NCBI GenBank assembly: GCA_043228905.1
Contig: JBHGNT010000493.1
Coordinates: 1-22,862 of the forward strand
Length of the DNA: 22,862 bases
From: Azolla caroliniana
Lineage: Eukaryota; Plantae; Polypodiophyta
Reading direction: 5' to 3'
The notes under the pieces are model-generated. The model saw nothing but the letters and a program-made list of their open reading frames with translations. It was not told the DNA's origin and ran no database searches. A program made the translations under genes and the position numbers. Shown piece by piece: positions 1 to 12,100 of this stretch. Position 1 is the first letter of the stretch; each line of letters opens with the position of its first letter.

Positions 1-40
1 GTGTGTGTGTGTGTGAGCGCGCACATGTATTTGTGTGTGC
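1..40. repeat. (GT)n microsatellite, imperfect
   Basis: gtgtgtgtgtgtgtg at 1-15 followed by a degenerate gtgtgtg at ~33-39. Confidence 0.85.
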
Positions 41-1381
41 AAGTGACCGTAGAAAGGATGATGAGGAAAGGATGAAGACATACTTTCTTAGTTAGCGAGG
101 CATATTACATGTCTAACAATCAAGAGTTGGATATCTAGATCACTTAGATGTCACTCATCATTACAATCGAATGTACATAAATGTACCCATACCAATAATC
201 AATTATTAGAAAACTTGTTAGCCTATATTGAGGTAAATCCTCATGCACACAGACATGACGATTACAAGAGTGACTTGTCCAATGCATAGTCTCAATTTCT
301 CAAGGGATATTGAAGAATTTTGGTTCAATTTTGTGCCCCCCTTGTTTATTTAGTTGTTTCGTGAATAGAGTGGTATTGATTATGAAATAAAATAATTACA
401 AGCATGGTATTGAGATTTCAATTTGATCAAAGTCATACGGAAAAAAAGCAAATATGATGCTTTACCAAGTCTCATACTAGGATCTTCTCAACTTATAAAT
501 AGGTGATATTGATTATTAATCCTAACATATAAGGTTCATTTTCAAAACCAATTCCCAGCTCATGTGATCGTCGAAGAGTTGCTTTTGACCTTTCTGTGTG
601 ATCCTTGATTTAAGGAATTAGGGAATGAAATTATGGATAGAAATTGCCAATAACAACAATGCAACCTTGGCATACATACATGTTTCAAGTTCCAATCACA
701 TTATAATCTAAAGAAATCTCGGTCGGTCATCAAGAAACACCAATATATAACCAATGCCTTGAAATTAGACATGATATGGGTGATTATCAAGATTAGAAAT
801 GCATCCATCTCACTTTGTGGTGTTGTCAAACATGTGACATTGCAAATTCTGACACCATAGGCTTGGATTGAATATGTAATGGAACCTTTGACAACCACAA
901 ATGACCAAGATGGGATGAAATAATGAATGATTAAAGAGGCCAAAGAAATGATGATTGAATGAGTAAATGGCATCAAATGGAACACACGTAAGAAGGTTCC
1001 TAATTTAACCGAAATGAAGAATGAAATAGATTGGAGAAATACCAATACTGACACCAAAGTTGCAATGCTTGAGGATCCGGTACATCCACAAACTCTATAG
1101 TCTTAAAGCATTTGAAGGCCGGGTAGATGTACCCACACCACAATCTAGAAGTATATGGTTACCATTTCCATAAAAGAAAAGAATGAAAAGAAAAGCAAAA
1201 AACATAAGCCATCATTGAGAAAAGAAAAGAATTAGGAAAGGGGTTCTCACATCAAGAGCCTTGTCAACAAGGTGGCCATATTCCACCAAAATAAGAAGAA
1301 GAGGAAAATGATGTTTATGAAGATTAAGACCATTTATTTATTTCAAACACATTGCCCACTATAGAGACCTTTTTCCAATCA

Positions 1382-1625
1382 TTTTAAGTATATACCCTCC
1401 CCCTCATGAATCTATAGCAAAAACTTTCAAGTTACTTTTAAGTAGTATATACCCCCTTTTCCTATCCTTTAATCCATGGTAACTTTAAAATTGATTCTTG
1501 GTATATTCTCCTCCATACTCACTTTCTAATGGTTTGCATACGATACCCCCTTTTTCTTTCATTTTTTCAGAAACCTTATTAGTATATACTTATTTGTGTT
1601 AGTTTGTAGTAAGTATATACCTATT
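1382..1625. repeat. Degenerate cluster of AGTATATAC(C)n motifs, first units about 57 bp apart
   Basis: AGTATATAC at 1387, 1444, 1581 and 1612, with degenerate versions at ~1500 and ~1540, usually followed by C/T runs. Confidence 0.5.
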
Positions 1626-3011
1626 TTTATTCATCACTTCGTTCACATTTCCTTAATGCATTTAACCACTTGGTTCCATATCTTTTTGTTGGTTTATGTT
1701 GTTAATAGGCATGAATGCCTTTATTGACGTTGGCAAATTCTAGATTGGTTTTTGAATTTATACAGGATTCCTCCACTTTCAAAGGCATTGGAGTTTAATA
1801 AACAAGGACACTAAAGAGCAATGGGGTTTAGGATTACCTCTATATTGTGAGTCCAAAATGAGCTTTGGGCTTCGAGATTCACCTGACAACTAGCTTTGGA
1901 TCCAACTTCTATGCTATGCAGCAAAAATTATCTTTTTTGTGTTACACTACAATTTCAATGGTGCATCCAACAATCACACTACTCTTGATATCACAGAATA
2001 TTAACCACTACCTCTTTCCTTGGCCACTAGCCTTAGAAGCTCTACCTTGAATTACTTATCCATAAAGAGAATCAAACTAATAGTAAACAATCTATATCTT
2101 TAATGTGTTGCTCCTATTAATGTGTCCAACAACCCATCTTATGTGAATGGGCCATATACTAATGACATACATATACATGGAAATTCTATTTCAAAATAGA
2201 GAAGACAAGGGAAACAAGAGAAATTAGAGAATGCAACGCTAAATCGGAGAGATCAAACTTCAACCCATTCTACTTCCTCCACCAAAGCCTCTTGCAACCA
2301 CCAAACGTTGCCACCTTGGGAACCCCTACCCTTGTAACTCCTTATGTGCAATGAATCTTTGGTGGTATTCTTGCTTTGTCAAGTTCAATAATTAGATGTT
2401 TTTTGCTCATGTTTCATCTTTGAATACTCTAGTTTTCAAGAACAAGATGACCTATCTTGTTTATTCCTTAATAATGAATAGTTTTTTGGCCTCATCATTT
2501 TTCTCTCCAAGAGCATGAGCATCTTCACATCAAATAGTATGGTGTATTATGCTTTCCTTCTGTTCTACTACCGTCGTTTTACTTTCAAGTAACTAGCATT
2601 TTATCACTTTTGCTTCATAATAAAGTTACATAGCGCCAGAGATATTTCCAACCACCTCATTATAAAAGCTAACGATCCTGATCAAGGCACACTTTGAGAA
2701 TGATTTCCCAACTTGTCGTGATAGTGACCCTGGATGAAACCATACATGGAAGGTGAACATTGACTTCATTAGTAAAATTTTATTGCAATGTAACTGTAGT
2801 TGAAACATATTTTGAAGTAGAAAAGAGTAGTACAAATTATTCATGAAGGTACATGCCATGCAAACAAAATAAGGGGCAAAAAATGAGGCTTGGAAAGGAA
2901 AACATGGCATGTACACATTTACATTGACCTCTTTGGGACCAAATGTCATATTTGTAAATAGCCAAAATGTCATATATTTATAAATATGACTTTGGGCAAT
3001 CACTTTATGTT

Positions 3012-3031
3012 GTATATATATATATATATAT
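3012..3031. repeat. (TA)n microsatellite in the probable 3' UTR of the P-loop gene
   Basis: tatatatatatatatata run about 90 nt downstream of the stop codon at 3121. Confidence 0.85.
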
Positions 3032-3120
3032 TATTTACTAAACCTGCTCTATTTGAAGGTTATGACAAGAACCCATATTTATAAGCTCTTAGAAAAATAA
3101 GGAAAAATACTGTTTCCCCT

Positions 3121-3174
3121 TCACTCATTTTTATCAGGAGAATTTGCTGTGAACTGACACCCCTCCTCGATGCG
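3121..3174 (-). CDS. P-loop NTPase gene, last coding exon (RIEEGCQFTANSPDKNE*)
   Basis: Acceptor ttacag at 3175-3180 on the minus strand, 18 codons ending in TGA at 3121-3123. Confidence 0.85.
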   Translation of the reverse strand, partial: RIEEGCQFTANSPDKNE

Positions 3175-6100
3175 CTGTAATAAACAGATATTATACAATT
3201 TTGATCATAATCTCCTCAGCTAAAATATTATTCTCATGATAGAATACATGAGAAGACAGCAGAATACCCCTCGTTTTTGGGATATTTACCAGAATATCCT
3301 AAGCTTTCAAAACCTACCAGAATTTTCGAAAACATATAATTATTCTGGTAAACATCTGAAACAACTATGGGTATTTTTATACTGGCTAAGTTGTTATTTG
3401 AATTTTCTACCTGGAGAAGATAGCTATGTAGTGAATCCAATGTTTGTGGAAATGTTGTAGCTGATATGTTCTTGACAATAATACCCTAACAAGAAACAAA
3501 CAAGAAACAAAATTTTCTTAATTGAAAGGTAAGCTTTGGGTTTATGTTGTATAAACGGGTGGTTTCACTAGAAATTCTCTCTTAGAAAAGAGGCGCTGAA
3601 ATAATTTGTGCAAGATTGCTTTTGGAGATAAGGATCATACACAATACGTAGAAATTGTAAACACAAGATTGAACTGTATTTATACTGCTGCAGTGTTTAC
3701 GAATAAGACTACAATTAAATCTTAAAGAAAATTTACAAATTTAAAAGGACATGTATGGACGAGATTGTGAGTGAAGAATGGTCTTAAACCCAAATTTAAG
3801 AGTCCAGAGATGCAAAAGAGGGGAAATTTAAGAGTCCAGAAAATGTCATCTATAATGACATATAGGTAATTTCTAACAGAAACTGACCTTTCTTATTTAC
3901 AACTACAATGACATATAGGTAATTCTTATTAGAAGAGGTTTATTCAAGTTTTGTTTCACATAGTTCTGGTTTTATACAGTAACAAGAAACATAGAAAACA
4001 TACAAGTTTTGCATTCAGATCACAAACCTGACCCTTGAAGGAGCATAGGTAGTCCTGAATTGTCATTAGCCTGCTTATAATTGCCTCTTTCTCTGCCTGA
4101 AATATATGAAAAATAGTACAACACTTAGAAACATATCTAGGACATATCCTGTAGAGGTAGAGTTACTGGAACAGTATTCCAAGTCTGAAAAATTCTCAAA
4201 ATAAAATCATTGGTAGAAACCTCCTGCACTTTCTTAAAAACAGTAGAGGATCGTGATGATGTTGAAATTTTAAACAGCTTCAAAAAAATTCATACAAAGG
4301 CTCTTCCTACAATCTCAGTTTGGTGGGAAGAAATTCTGAGTTGGCTATTGCTTTCCGAGCACTATGGGTCATACACATGTCAACGTACCTCGGTCTCTGT
4401 ATGAATTCATTGTTTGAGAAGTTCATGAATGATGTTTGTAGTGGGTAATGTTTGGGGAGAAGGAAGGTTCCCCTGATGTGATCCCACCCTTCAATTGTTT
4501 AGTTTATCATTTGAGAGACGCATACGATATCGAAAGGGTGGCAAGTTCTTGCTGTTGATGCCATTGTCGTTGAACCACGTCACCCTATGAGTGCTAAGAT
4601 CTTTCTACATGTTATGTTGTTGCCATTTACTTCTTTAAGGTGGCATGGTTTAAATCCAGTTGATGAGATTCACAATCTGAAGTAATGCTTCTAACATCAT
4701 TGGGGGTGTTGTCGATTCACCACAAATGATTTCGTGTGGGTTGGTGCTTTACCAAATAACATCCATTTGTGTCATGGTTTAAATCCAGTTGATGAGATTC
4801 ACAATCTGAAGTAATGCTTCTAACATCACTGGGGGTGTTGTCGATTCACCACAAATGATTTCGTGTGGGTTGGTGCTTTACTAATGGATGGACACTCTAT
4901 TTGTGTCTACATGTACATGGAGCGCCCAGAAGCCCACACGGCTGCACCATTCATGAGGGCAAGAGTATAGTATTGAATGATCATACTTTGTGGTAAGGGG
5001 CTCCTGAACTGCGCTTGCTGGTAATTATTGTTCTAGCATGTCCAAAGAGTGAGTCAATCCTTGGCAGCTTGCATCATAGAGAAGTGCCCATTTGTGTGTA
5101 AATGTGACCCCTAGATATACACAGGAACCCACAATTTGCCACCTGATAGGGTAAAAAAAAGTTTGTCAGAAAGCCAATACAAATGTGTAGAAGATTGTGG
5201 CCCAAGTCTTTCCTAGGTTTACGGTGAGCTCTTTTTCATGGCAAACACCATTGAGGGCATTGAGATGTTGTAGATTTCATGATATTTCAGACACAAATTT
5301 ACGTCAATGTAATAAAGAATATGGAAGGATATACCTAATATGTCAATCCCTTCACCACCTCACAAGTGTGACATGGTCCAGTACCTTGTCAATGTAGTCT
5401 GTAGAGGGTGGGCAAGAGTCAGCATCCATGCTTCACACCAATGGTGCTTGTGATTACATTTCATAGCTCCCCTCAACATTCAGTTCATCACCACACTTGA
5501 CCAATTGACTTATGTAACAGGCATAATTGTGTACATGGTTCATATGCTGGGAAGGCCCCTTACATTCCTCTTTATGCCAAAACTTTTGGGGCATATTCTC
5601 AGGATTGTGGTGTATGGACAGAGTATGGTAAGGAAAACTATTGATGGCATAGGTATAGAGTATCGTAGAGAGTTGGGAGGTATTGCCATGAAGGGGTGTA
5701 GTTGGATCCAGATGGAAGAGTCCATGTTGGACAGGGTGACTATGTTTTAGCTAGAGCATGGATAAAGTGGATGATTGTGCATAGGGACGAGGTTGATTTA
5801 TGAGACAGAAGGTGGTTGTGACGGTCTGGTGTTGGCAAGGGTTATGGAAAGTGTAGCTGGCACCAATTGGGCAGGCTGGGATCGTGAAGGTTTTAATGGT
5901 GTGGGTGGCTTCCTATGTCCTAAGGATATAGTCAATTGTGCTCCTGCCACCTTGTGGGAAACATACATGCCACTACAAATTCATTGTGCATCCTATTGCA
6001 GATAACAAGTTGGTGCCAAGACCCTAGCTCCAGTAGATGTTTCCCATATCCTGATTCCTCCAAAGATATTGAACACAAGTCCTCCAAGTCATAAATACCA

Positions 6101-9100
6101 CATTTCTATCTTGGTGTGAAAACATATCCTGTGTTGTCAAGTTCTGAGTCATGTGAGCTCTTACTTGTTCCTGAGTCCTCCAAAGATATTGAACACATCA
6201 TGCTTTGGGTCCTCTAAGTCATAAGTACCACATTTCTATCTTTGAGGAATACTTTACTCTAAATAGGACATTATATGGTGACCAATTTCTTCCTCTCTTA
6301 GTTGCTTGATTGTTTTCATTTACTTACTATGCATAAGTGATCCATTAGAAGGAAGTAACAAAGTAATTCTTTCACTGCTTCAGCCCAACCTTTCTTTAGT
6401 TGAGATTTGATGTTCTCTAGGACGTTCAGTTCAACTTCTCATGATAGGATGGGGAGGTCGGGGGTTTGGGTCAGGGGCAGGGGTCCGGGATCGGGGGTCA
6501 AGTGGGTGGTCATTGAGAGGGAGAGAAGCATGGTTACATGTGCATTAGAGAAAGAAGAAAGAAAGAAAGAAAGATATATTAACGTCTTTTAAGAGGCCAA
6601 AATGGCCTATAAGACCAAATAAGAGATTACATCTTGAGTGTTTTCTCGTCTTTGAGAACAAATCAAAATAAAATAAATATTACACAGTAAATATAAAAGT
6701 AAATAAGATGAAACGAGGGAATCTGGTTTTTGGCACATGTGAGATTCTCAAGTTAGGTATATTGTAGCTTTTGTCTTCGAAAGATCTCTAGCATAAGTCA
6801 ATCCAGAATAGAAATGTCTCCAACGCGAGGGAAGCACCAACGATGGTGGGAGATAATGGTTTTTATCTGTCGATGACAAGGGTGTCAAGGTCGTGGTCCA
6901 TGGGGCCGGGGCCTACGTGCACAGCAAATTGCTATTGCCCCATCAATTGTAACCCCTTTGTTATGTCCTGGTTTGGGCCCCATTTGTGTATCCCGTGATG
7001 GACTTGTATGTAGCATTAGGAGTGATGGGGCTAAAGAAAGTTGGGATTGTTCTTTGTGTATGAGCTCGTGAGGCTATATTCTTCAACAACTTTTCCCGAT
7101 GTCTCTTGAGCTCTAGAAAGAAAAGTCCTAGGCATCGTTGGTCATCATATTCCATTACCTTGCGTAGTGGGCCAAAGCCTTGTTTAAAGAGGCAATGGTA
7201 TCTCCCTCTGATTTCATAAAAGACACGACAATGACAAACATAATGTTCCTTAGATTCCACTCCTTGATGACACAATTGGCAAATTCTCTCTTCTAGATGT
7301 AGTCATGTATATCTGCCTACCTCAATCTATAGCTAATGTGATGAAGTTCGCAGCTGGCCTATCACACTACACAGCGCATAGGATAGATGTATGTCCATAT
7401 AAGGTGGCCTGATAACGAATCCATCCTCCGATGTATGTAAGAAGTGTGTCTTATAGTGGACCATCTTTGTACCAAGTGGTATTTTGGGGCTGATCCATGT
7501 TATCTTGTTTTCCAAGTTAATAATATCAGTTCGAATCACTTTGTTCTTTCCCACTTTGATCATATTTAGATGGGGACAGTCCAAGCTATATTGAAACAGG
7601 GGTAGTGCATTTATACTCATGCCATGTGATTCGAACCATTGTTGCATTTCAGAATACCAACAATGAGTGTCTCCATTTTCAGCCAGCTGTCTTGATGACA
7701 TAAGTGCCAACCTTGGGTACCTTCGTTTAGGGAGCTCCCAAAGACATTGGATAAATGTCACTGATCGGAACAATGCCTCGGTTATTATCGGTGCTGGTCC
7801 CATCTCTGCCCGGATTATATCGTGGGGCACCGATGCTTTGCTCCTTATCATGTGAGCAATCATTGACACTAAAGGTCTCTCTAAATCTTTCCAATGATTT
7901 GCCTTGTTAAGACTCAGTCCCCCTGTTTCTACTCCACAGAGAAGAGTTGGTGTCACAAGTGTATCAAATAACCATAACTTAGTCCATGGCTCTTAGAACT
8001 GCAAATGTGCACATTGTCTCTCGAGAGCACCAAGGGTTGCATATCCACAAGAAAGTCGGGCACAAGCAGCCTCCTGTAAGGAGAACCTAGGTCTTGTAAA
8101 TGTTACTCCTAGGTATGTGTAGGAGCGTGTGTATTCCACCTTTTCCTCTCCCAAGAAGAATTCTGGTTCTGATCTTGTTACCCATGCTTGAGTGGTGTTA
8201 AACACCATCACTTTAGTTTTGTCCATGTTGATTAACAAACCTTTGTCCGCACAAAATAGTTTTAAGGCATTTAGATGTCTTTGTAGTCCCTCCAGAGAGT
8301 CAGAAATCAGCACAATGTCATTAGCATATAGTAATATTTGTATAGCTATACCTGCTAGGCGTGCTCCGGAACCCCCGAATCTCTCTATGTAATGTGATAC
8401 CTCATCTATATAGAGACCAAAGAGAGTGGAGGATAGTGGGCATCCTTGCTTCACTCCAATTGTGCTAGCCACCACCTCTAACAAGCCCTTGGAAGACCGG
8501 ACTTTTCCTAACACGGATTCATAGAGTGCATAGATTCCCCATTACATATGTGTATGAACACCAAGGGCTTCTAGCCGCTGCATAAGCCGAGCACGTGGCA
8601 GTGTCAAAGGGTTTTCGGAAATCCACAAAGCAGCAATAAATCCTCTTATTGTGGGCTCCGCCCTCCTCAATAAGGGCCCGAAGGGTGAATATGTGATCCA
8701 AAGTTGTGAACCCCTTCCAAAAGCTTGCCTGTCCAACTGAACGACAACCATTCTGCTCTGCCCATATACTCAATTCTAAATCTAGAATCGACCCATATAG
8801 TTTAGCCAAGTAATGACCAATCATGATTATCCTATAGTTGCTTGGCATCATTGGGTCTCCACTCTTGAGGATTGGCACGATGGTATGCTGAGTCCACCTA
8901 GTAGGGAAACCTTCACACATGGCTCTATTAAATATGTGTGCTAGCAATGGGAACAAGGTGTCAGGGGCATAGATAAAGTGCTCACCCACCAATCCATCAT
9001 GATCTTGGGCCTTCCCAAATTGTAGTTGATCAATGGTATTTCTTACATTTTCTGGTGTAAAGAAGGTTGATTCATGTGGACGTGAGGCATTCGGGTGGGG

Positions 9101-12100
9101 AAGAGGAGGTTGCCCCGGGATATCATATAGAACCTTTGCATATTCATGCCACACTTGTGGTGAGGTTAATTGTGTGGTGGGTTGCCTCTCATTAAACATT
9201 TTCCATGCTCTTTTACTCTCTTGTCCTAGAAACAAGCTATACAAATGATCTTCAAATTTAGCCAAATGCAATCTCTTCTTCTTCCTTACGAGGCGTTGGA
9301 AGGTTGCTCTCACTTGGTTGTGTGTATAAATGCCCCGTGTCACATCACGCCGCAAGCATCTCCTTGTATCACGACATTCCTCATCATACCAACTATTTTG
9401 TATTACTCTACCAAGTTTGGGGGGATTAGCCGATGTGTGAGGGAAGGCATTTGTGGCTGCTTTATGCAATGATTTGGACAATCCTTGGGTAAGTTCTTCA
9501 AGGGGTGCGAAAGGATCCAAATCTAGCATGCCATTGTATACACTACAACTATACACATCAAATACACATCAATTGTCTCGCGAGTAAATAGATACTTACC
9601 CAGCCCACTCTCCTTAGCATATACATCCTTTGTGCATCCATCCTTTACCTTGAAGCGTAGATATGCCTGATCTGCTGCCAAACCAATAGGTCTACCTGAT
9701 ATTGTGAACATTGTTATTTCAGGTATAAGAGATGGAGATCCCATTAGATAATCGATTGTGCTTGCACCCCCTTTTGGGTTCCAACATGTCAAAGCATCTG
9801 ATCCAGGCCATTGTGACAAGCCATTATATATCACAAATCCATGCTCACCTCCCAAGGCTAGAAAGTGTTTTTCATATTCAGTTATAGCACTCATATCTTG
9901 ATCTTGTCGTTTTAGACCAACCTCTTCTACCATAACTTCTCCATAAACAGCCTCGTTGGTGTTAAACATAGTTGGTTGTTCATTCTTGGTCCGTGCATTA
10001 AAATCTCCTAATAGTATTGTCCCCCATAGTAGCAAATCTTATGATATCATCATATAGTGGTAGATATGCTCATTCACCTAGAGGTGCAAACCTTGAGTAG
10101 GCAAGTGGAAAGTAGCAAATTGCAATATATAACTCCCTAAGATCCCCTCGTTTTATTCGTATCCACATGTAGCATGCATCACATCCTTATGGACAACATG
10201 CACTCTATCATGGAACTCCTTTTTGTATAGCACAGCCACTCCTCCCGAACCTCTAGTGCTTCCTCATGTCCAAGGTTGGGGGCAACATATTGACTCCCAG
10301 CTATATCCTTGTACCTCGGGGAGTTTGCTACCTATGCATTGGTGAGTTTCTATATACATAGCAATATCTGTGTTTTTCAATGTATCTTCAAAATATCCGA
10401 CATCTGTCCGTAGAGAGCCGTTGCAATTCCATATGGTCATGTGTAGGGTCTCATAGGCCATATATCGTCATGTGCTCCTCTTCTCTATAATAATGACCTT
10501 GCCATCTCTATAAACGGCTTATTTTCCTTCCTTTCTTGCATCAAGCACTCGTGGCATGTTTTCTTTGCGGTGTGCCACTTGGGCTAGAGTGAGATCGTCA
10601 TCTAAGTATATTTTTTCACCCTTGAGTACCTTTCTTTTAGAGAGGAAAGCTTTTTTCTTGTCAATGTCCATCAAGCGGATGAGAAGGGCTTTAGCTCTAA
10701 ACTCATCTCTTCCCACCCTCCACACTGAAGCAAATGGAATATCTTATGCTCCAATCTTTGTTTTGAGATTCTTGGCATCTTCTTGTGGACTTCCTTTTTC
10801 AGCCCAACCAACCACTCGTACATTTAACACACGAGCTTTCCTCTTGGCTTCTTCTTCTAATGTAGCATTCATCATTGTTATCCTATCCATGGATGTTCCT
10901 TTTTGCTTTTTCACTACCTCTATCCAAGGAGCTTGCTCTTGCTTTAATTTCGTTTTGGGCGTGCTCAGCTTGAGCTTTGGCATCTTTGCCATGTCTGCCC
11001 ATGTTTGCATTTCCTTAGTGACATTCGCTTTCACTTTAGAGATGCATCTTTCCACTGCTTCTTGTCCTTTTTCGAAATCCACTTTTATAGCTCCTAACTT
11101 AAACCTTACTTGAGGATATTTTATCCTTAAGGCATTGTGCCAGAAATGCAACAGATCATAAAATGCAGGGAAATAAACATTTCAAACAAGACAAGAAAGA
11201 AACCCTACATATGTAGGGTTAACAAAACCAAACGCAGCATGAGACCTTAAAATGCTGAACTTTAAAATGTACAAGAAACCCTAAAAAGCAGTAGGAAAAC
11301 TTAAAATGAAAGACGCGTAAATTGCAGCAACAAATCCTGAAACACATTAAGGAATCCAAAAACGCAATGAGGTATTAACATCTGTTAAGAGGCCGAAAAG
11401 ACCAATAGGAACAAACATGAGATTACATCTTAAAATGTTGTCTCATCTTTAAGAACAAATCAAAATAGACGTAACTAAACATAGTTTACTAAAGAATCTC
11501 GTCATCTAATCACTGCAATTTTGAAGTTAGATTGAGTAAACTTCTGCCTTCGAAGAATCTCAACGATGGACTGCGCAAATATGAACACATCTCCAAAGGG
11601 AGGCACCTTTGGTGCTAGGTGATAATTTATTTGTCAATGATAAGAGTAACACGGCCATGGTCCGGATGGTCGTGGCCTACACGTACAAACATTCTATGAG
11701 TTGATCTATTGTAACCCCATTCACATCCCCTGGTTGAGACCCACTTGTGTACATCAAGAAAGAAAGAAAGAAAGATATATTAACGTCTTTTAAGAGGCCA
11801 AAATGACCTATAAGACCAAACAAAAGATTACATCTTCAGTGTTGCTTCGTCTTTAAGAACAAACCAAAATAAAATAAAGATTACTCCGTAAATATAAAAG
11901 TAAATAAGATAAAAAGAGATGAGGGAATCTGGTTTTTGCAAAGCACATGTGAGATTCTCAAGTTAGATTAATTGTAACTTTTGACTTCGAAAGATCTCTA
12001 GCCTAGGTCGATCCAAAATGGAGAGGTCTCCAGCGCAAGCGAAACACATGCGATGGCAGGAGATAATGGCCTTTATGTGTCAATGACAAGAGTGTTGAGG

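Larger units (their letters stand above)
4300..6545 (-). mobile_element. Old, internally deleted RTEX-like LINE of a diverged family (unit E0)
   Basis: Minus-strand remnants collinear with the LINE at 6547-11368: ORF1-like LENIKSQLKKGWAEAVK (~6370-6420), endonuclease YGKHLLELG..LVICN and GGRSTIDYI (~5920-6055), RT STIGVKHGC*LLPTL (~5405-5450) and LQHLNALNGVCHEKELTVNLGKT (~5205-5275), C-terminal WFNDNGINSKNLPPFRY and FIQRPRYVDM..LRISSHQ (~4310-4580). Many stops and frameshifts; boundaries approximate. Confidence 0.8.
6547..11368 (-). mobile_element. Near full-length non-LTR retrotransposon (LINE, RTEX-like), decayed; copy 1
   Basis: 5' UTR ~11152-11368, ORF1 ~10468-11151, ORF2 from ATG 10461 with APE endonuclease, RT and CCHC, 3' UTR and (TTTC)n tail at 6547-6573. 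Clade call is inferred from two-ORF structure, microsatellite tail and the LRTSSH..E.GRY..ERIC..C motif. Confidence 0.92.

Noticed and set aside
701-3003. ORFs 701-1057, 1865-2050 and 2626-3003
   Set aside because: No recognisable domain or convincing splice structure; region may be decayed TE but I cannot assign it
3792-3925. Short direct repeats aaatttaagagtccaga and aatgacatataggtaatt
   Set aside because: Ordinary small intronic duplications with no further structure
4644-4881. Repeat-spacer-repeat pattern as possible CRISPR or LTR pair
   Set aside because: Only two 109-bp units inside a LINE remnant in eukaryotic DNA; no TG..CA ends, PBS or cas genes
10556-11113. 185-aa plus-strand ORF, and similar ORFs at 7667, 8192, 9033, 9245 and 12228
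   Set aside because: Antisense shadows of LINE ORF1/ORF2 with no recognisable motifs
6535-11375. Target-site duplication for LINE copy 1 (gcattagag vs gcaatgag)
   Set aside because: Match too short and imperfect to call; a TSD within a GA-rich tail would be unrecognisable anyway
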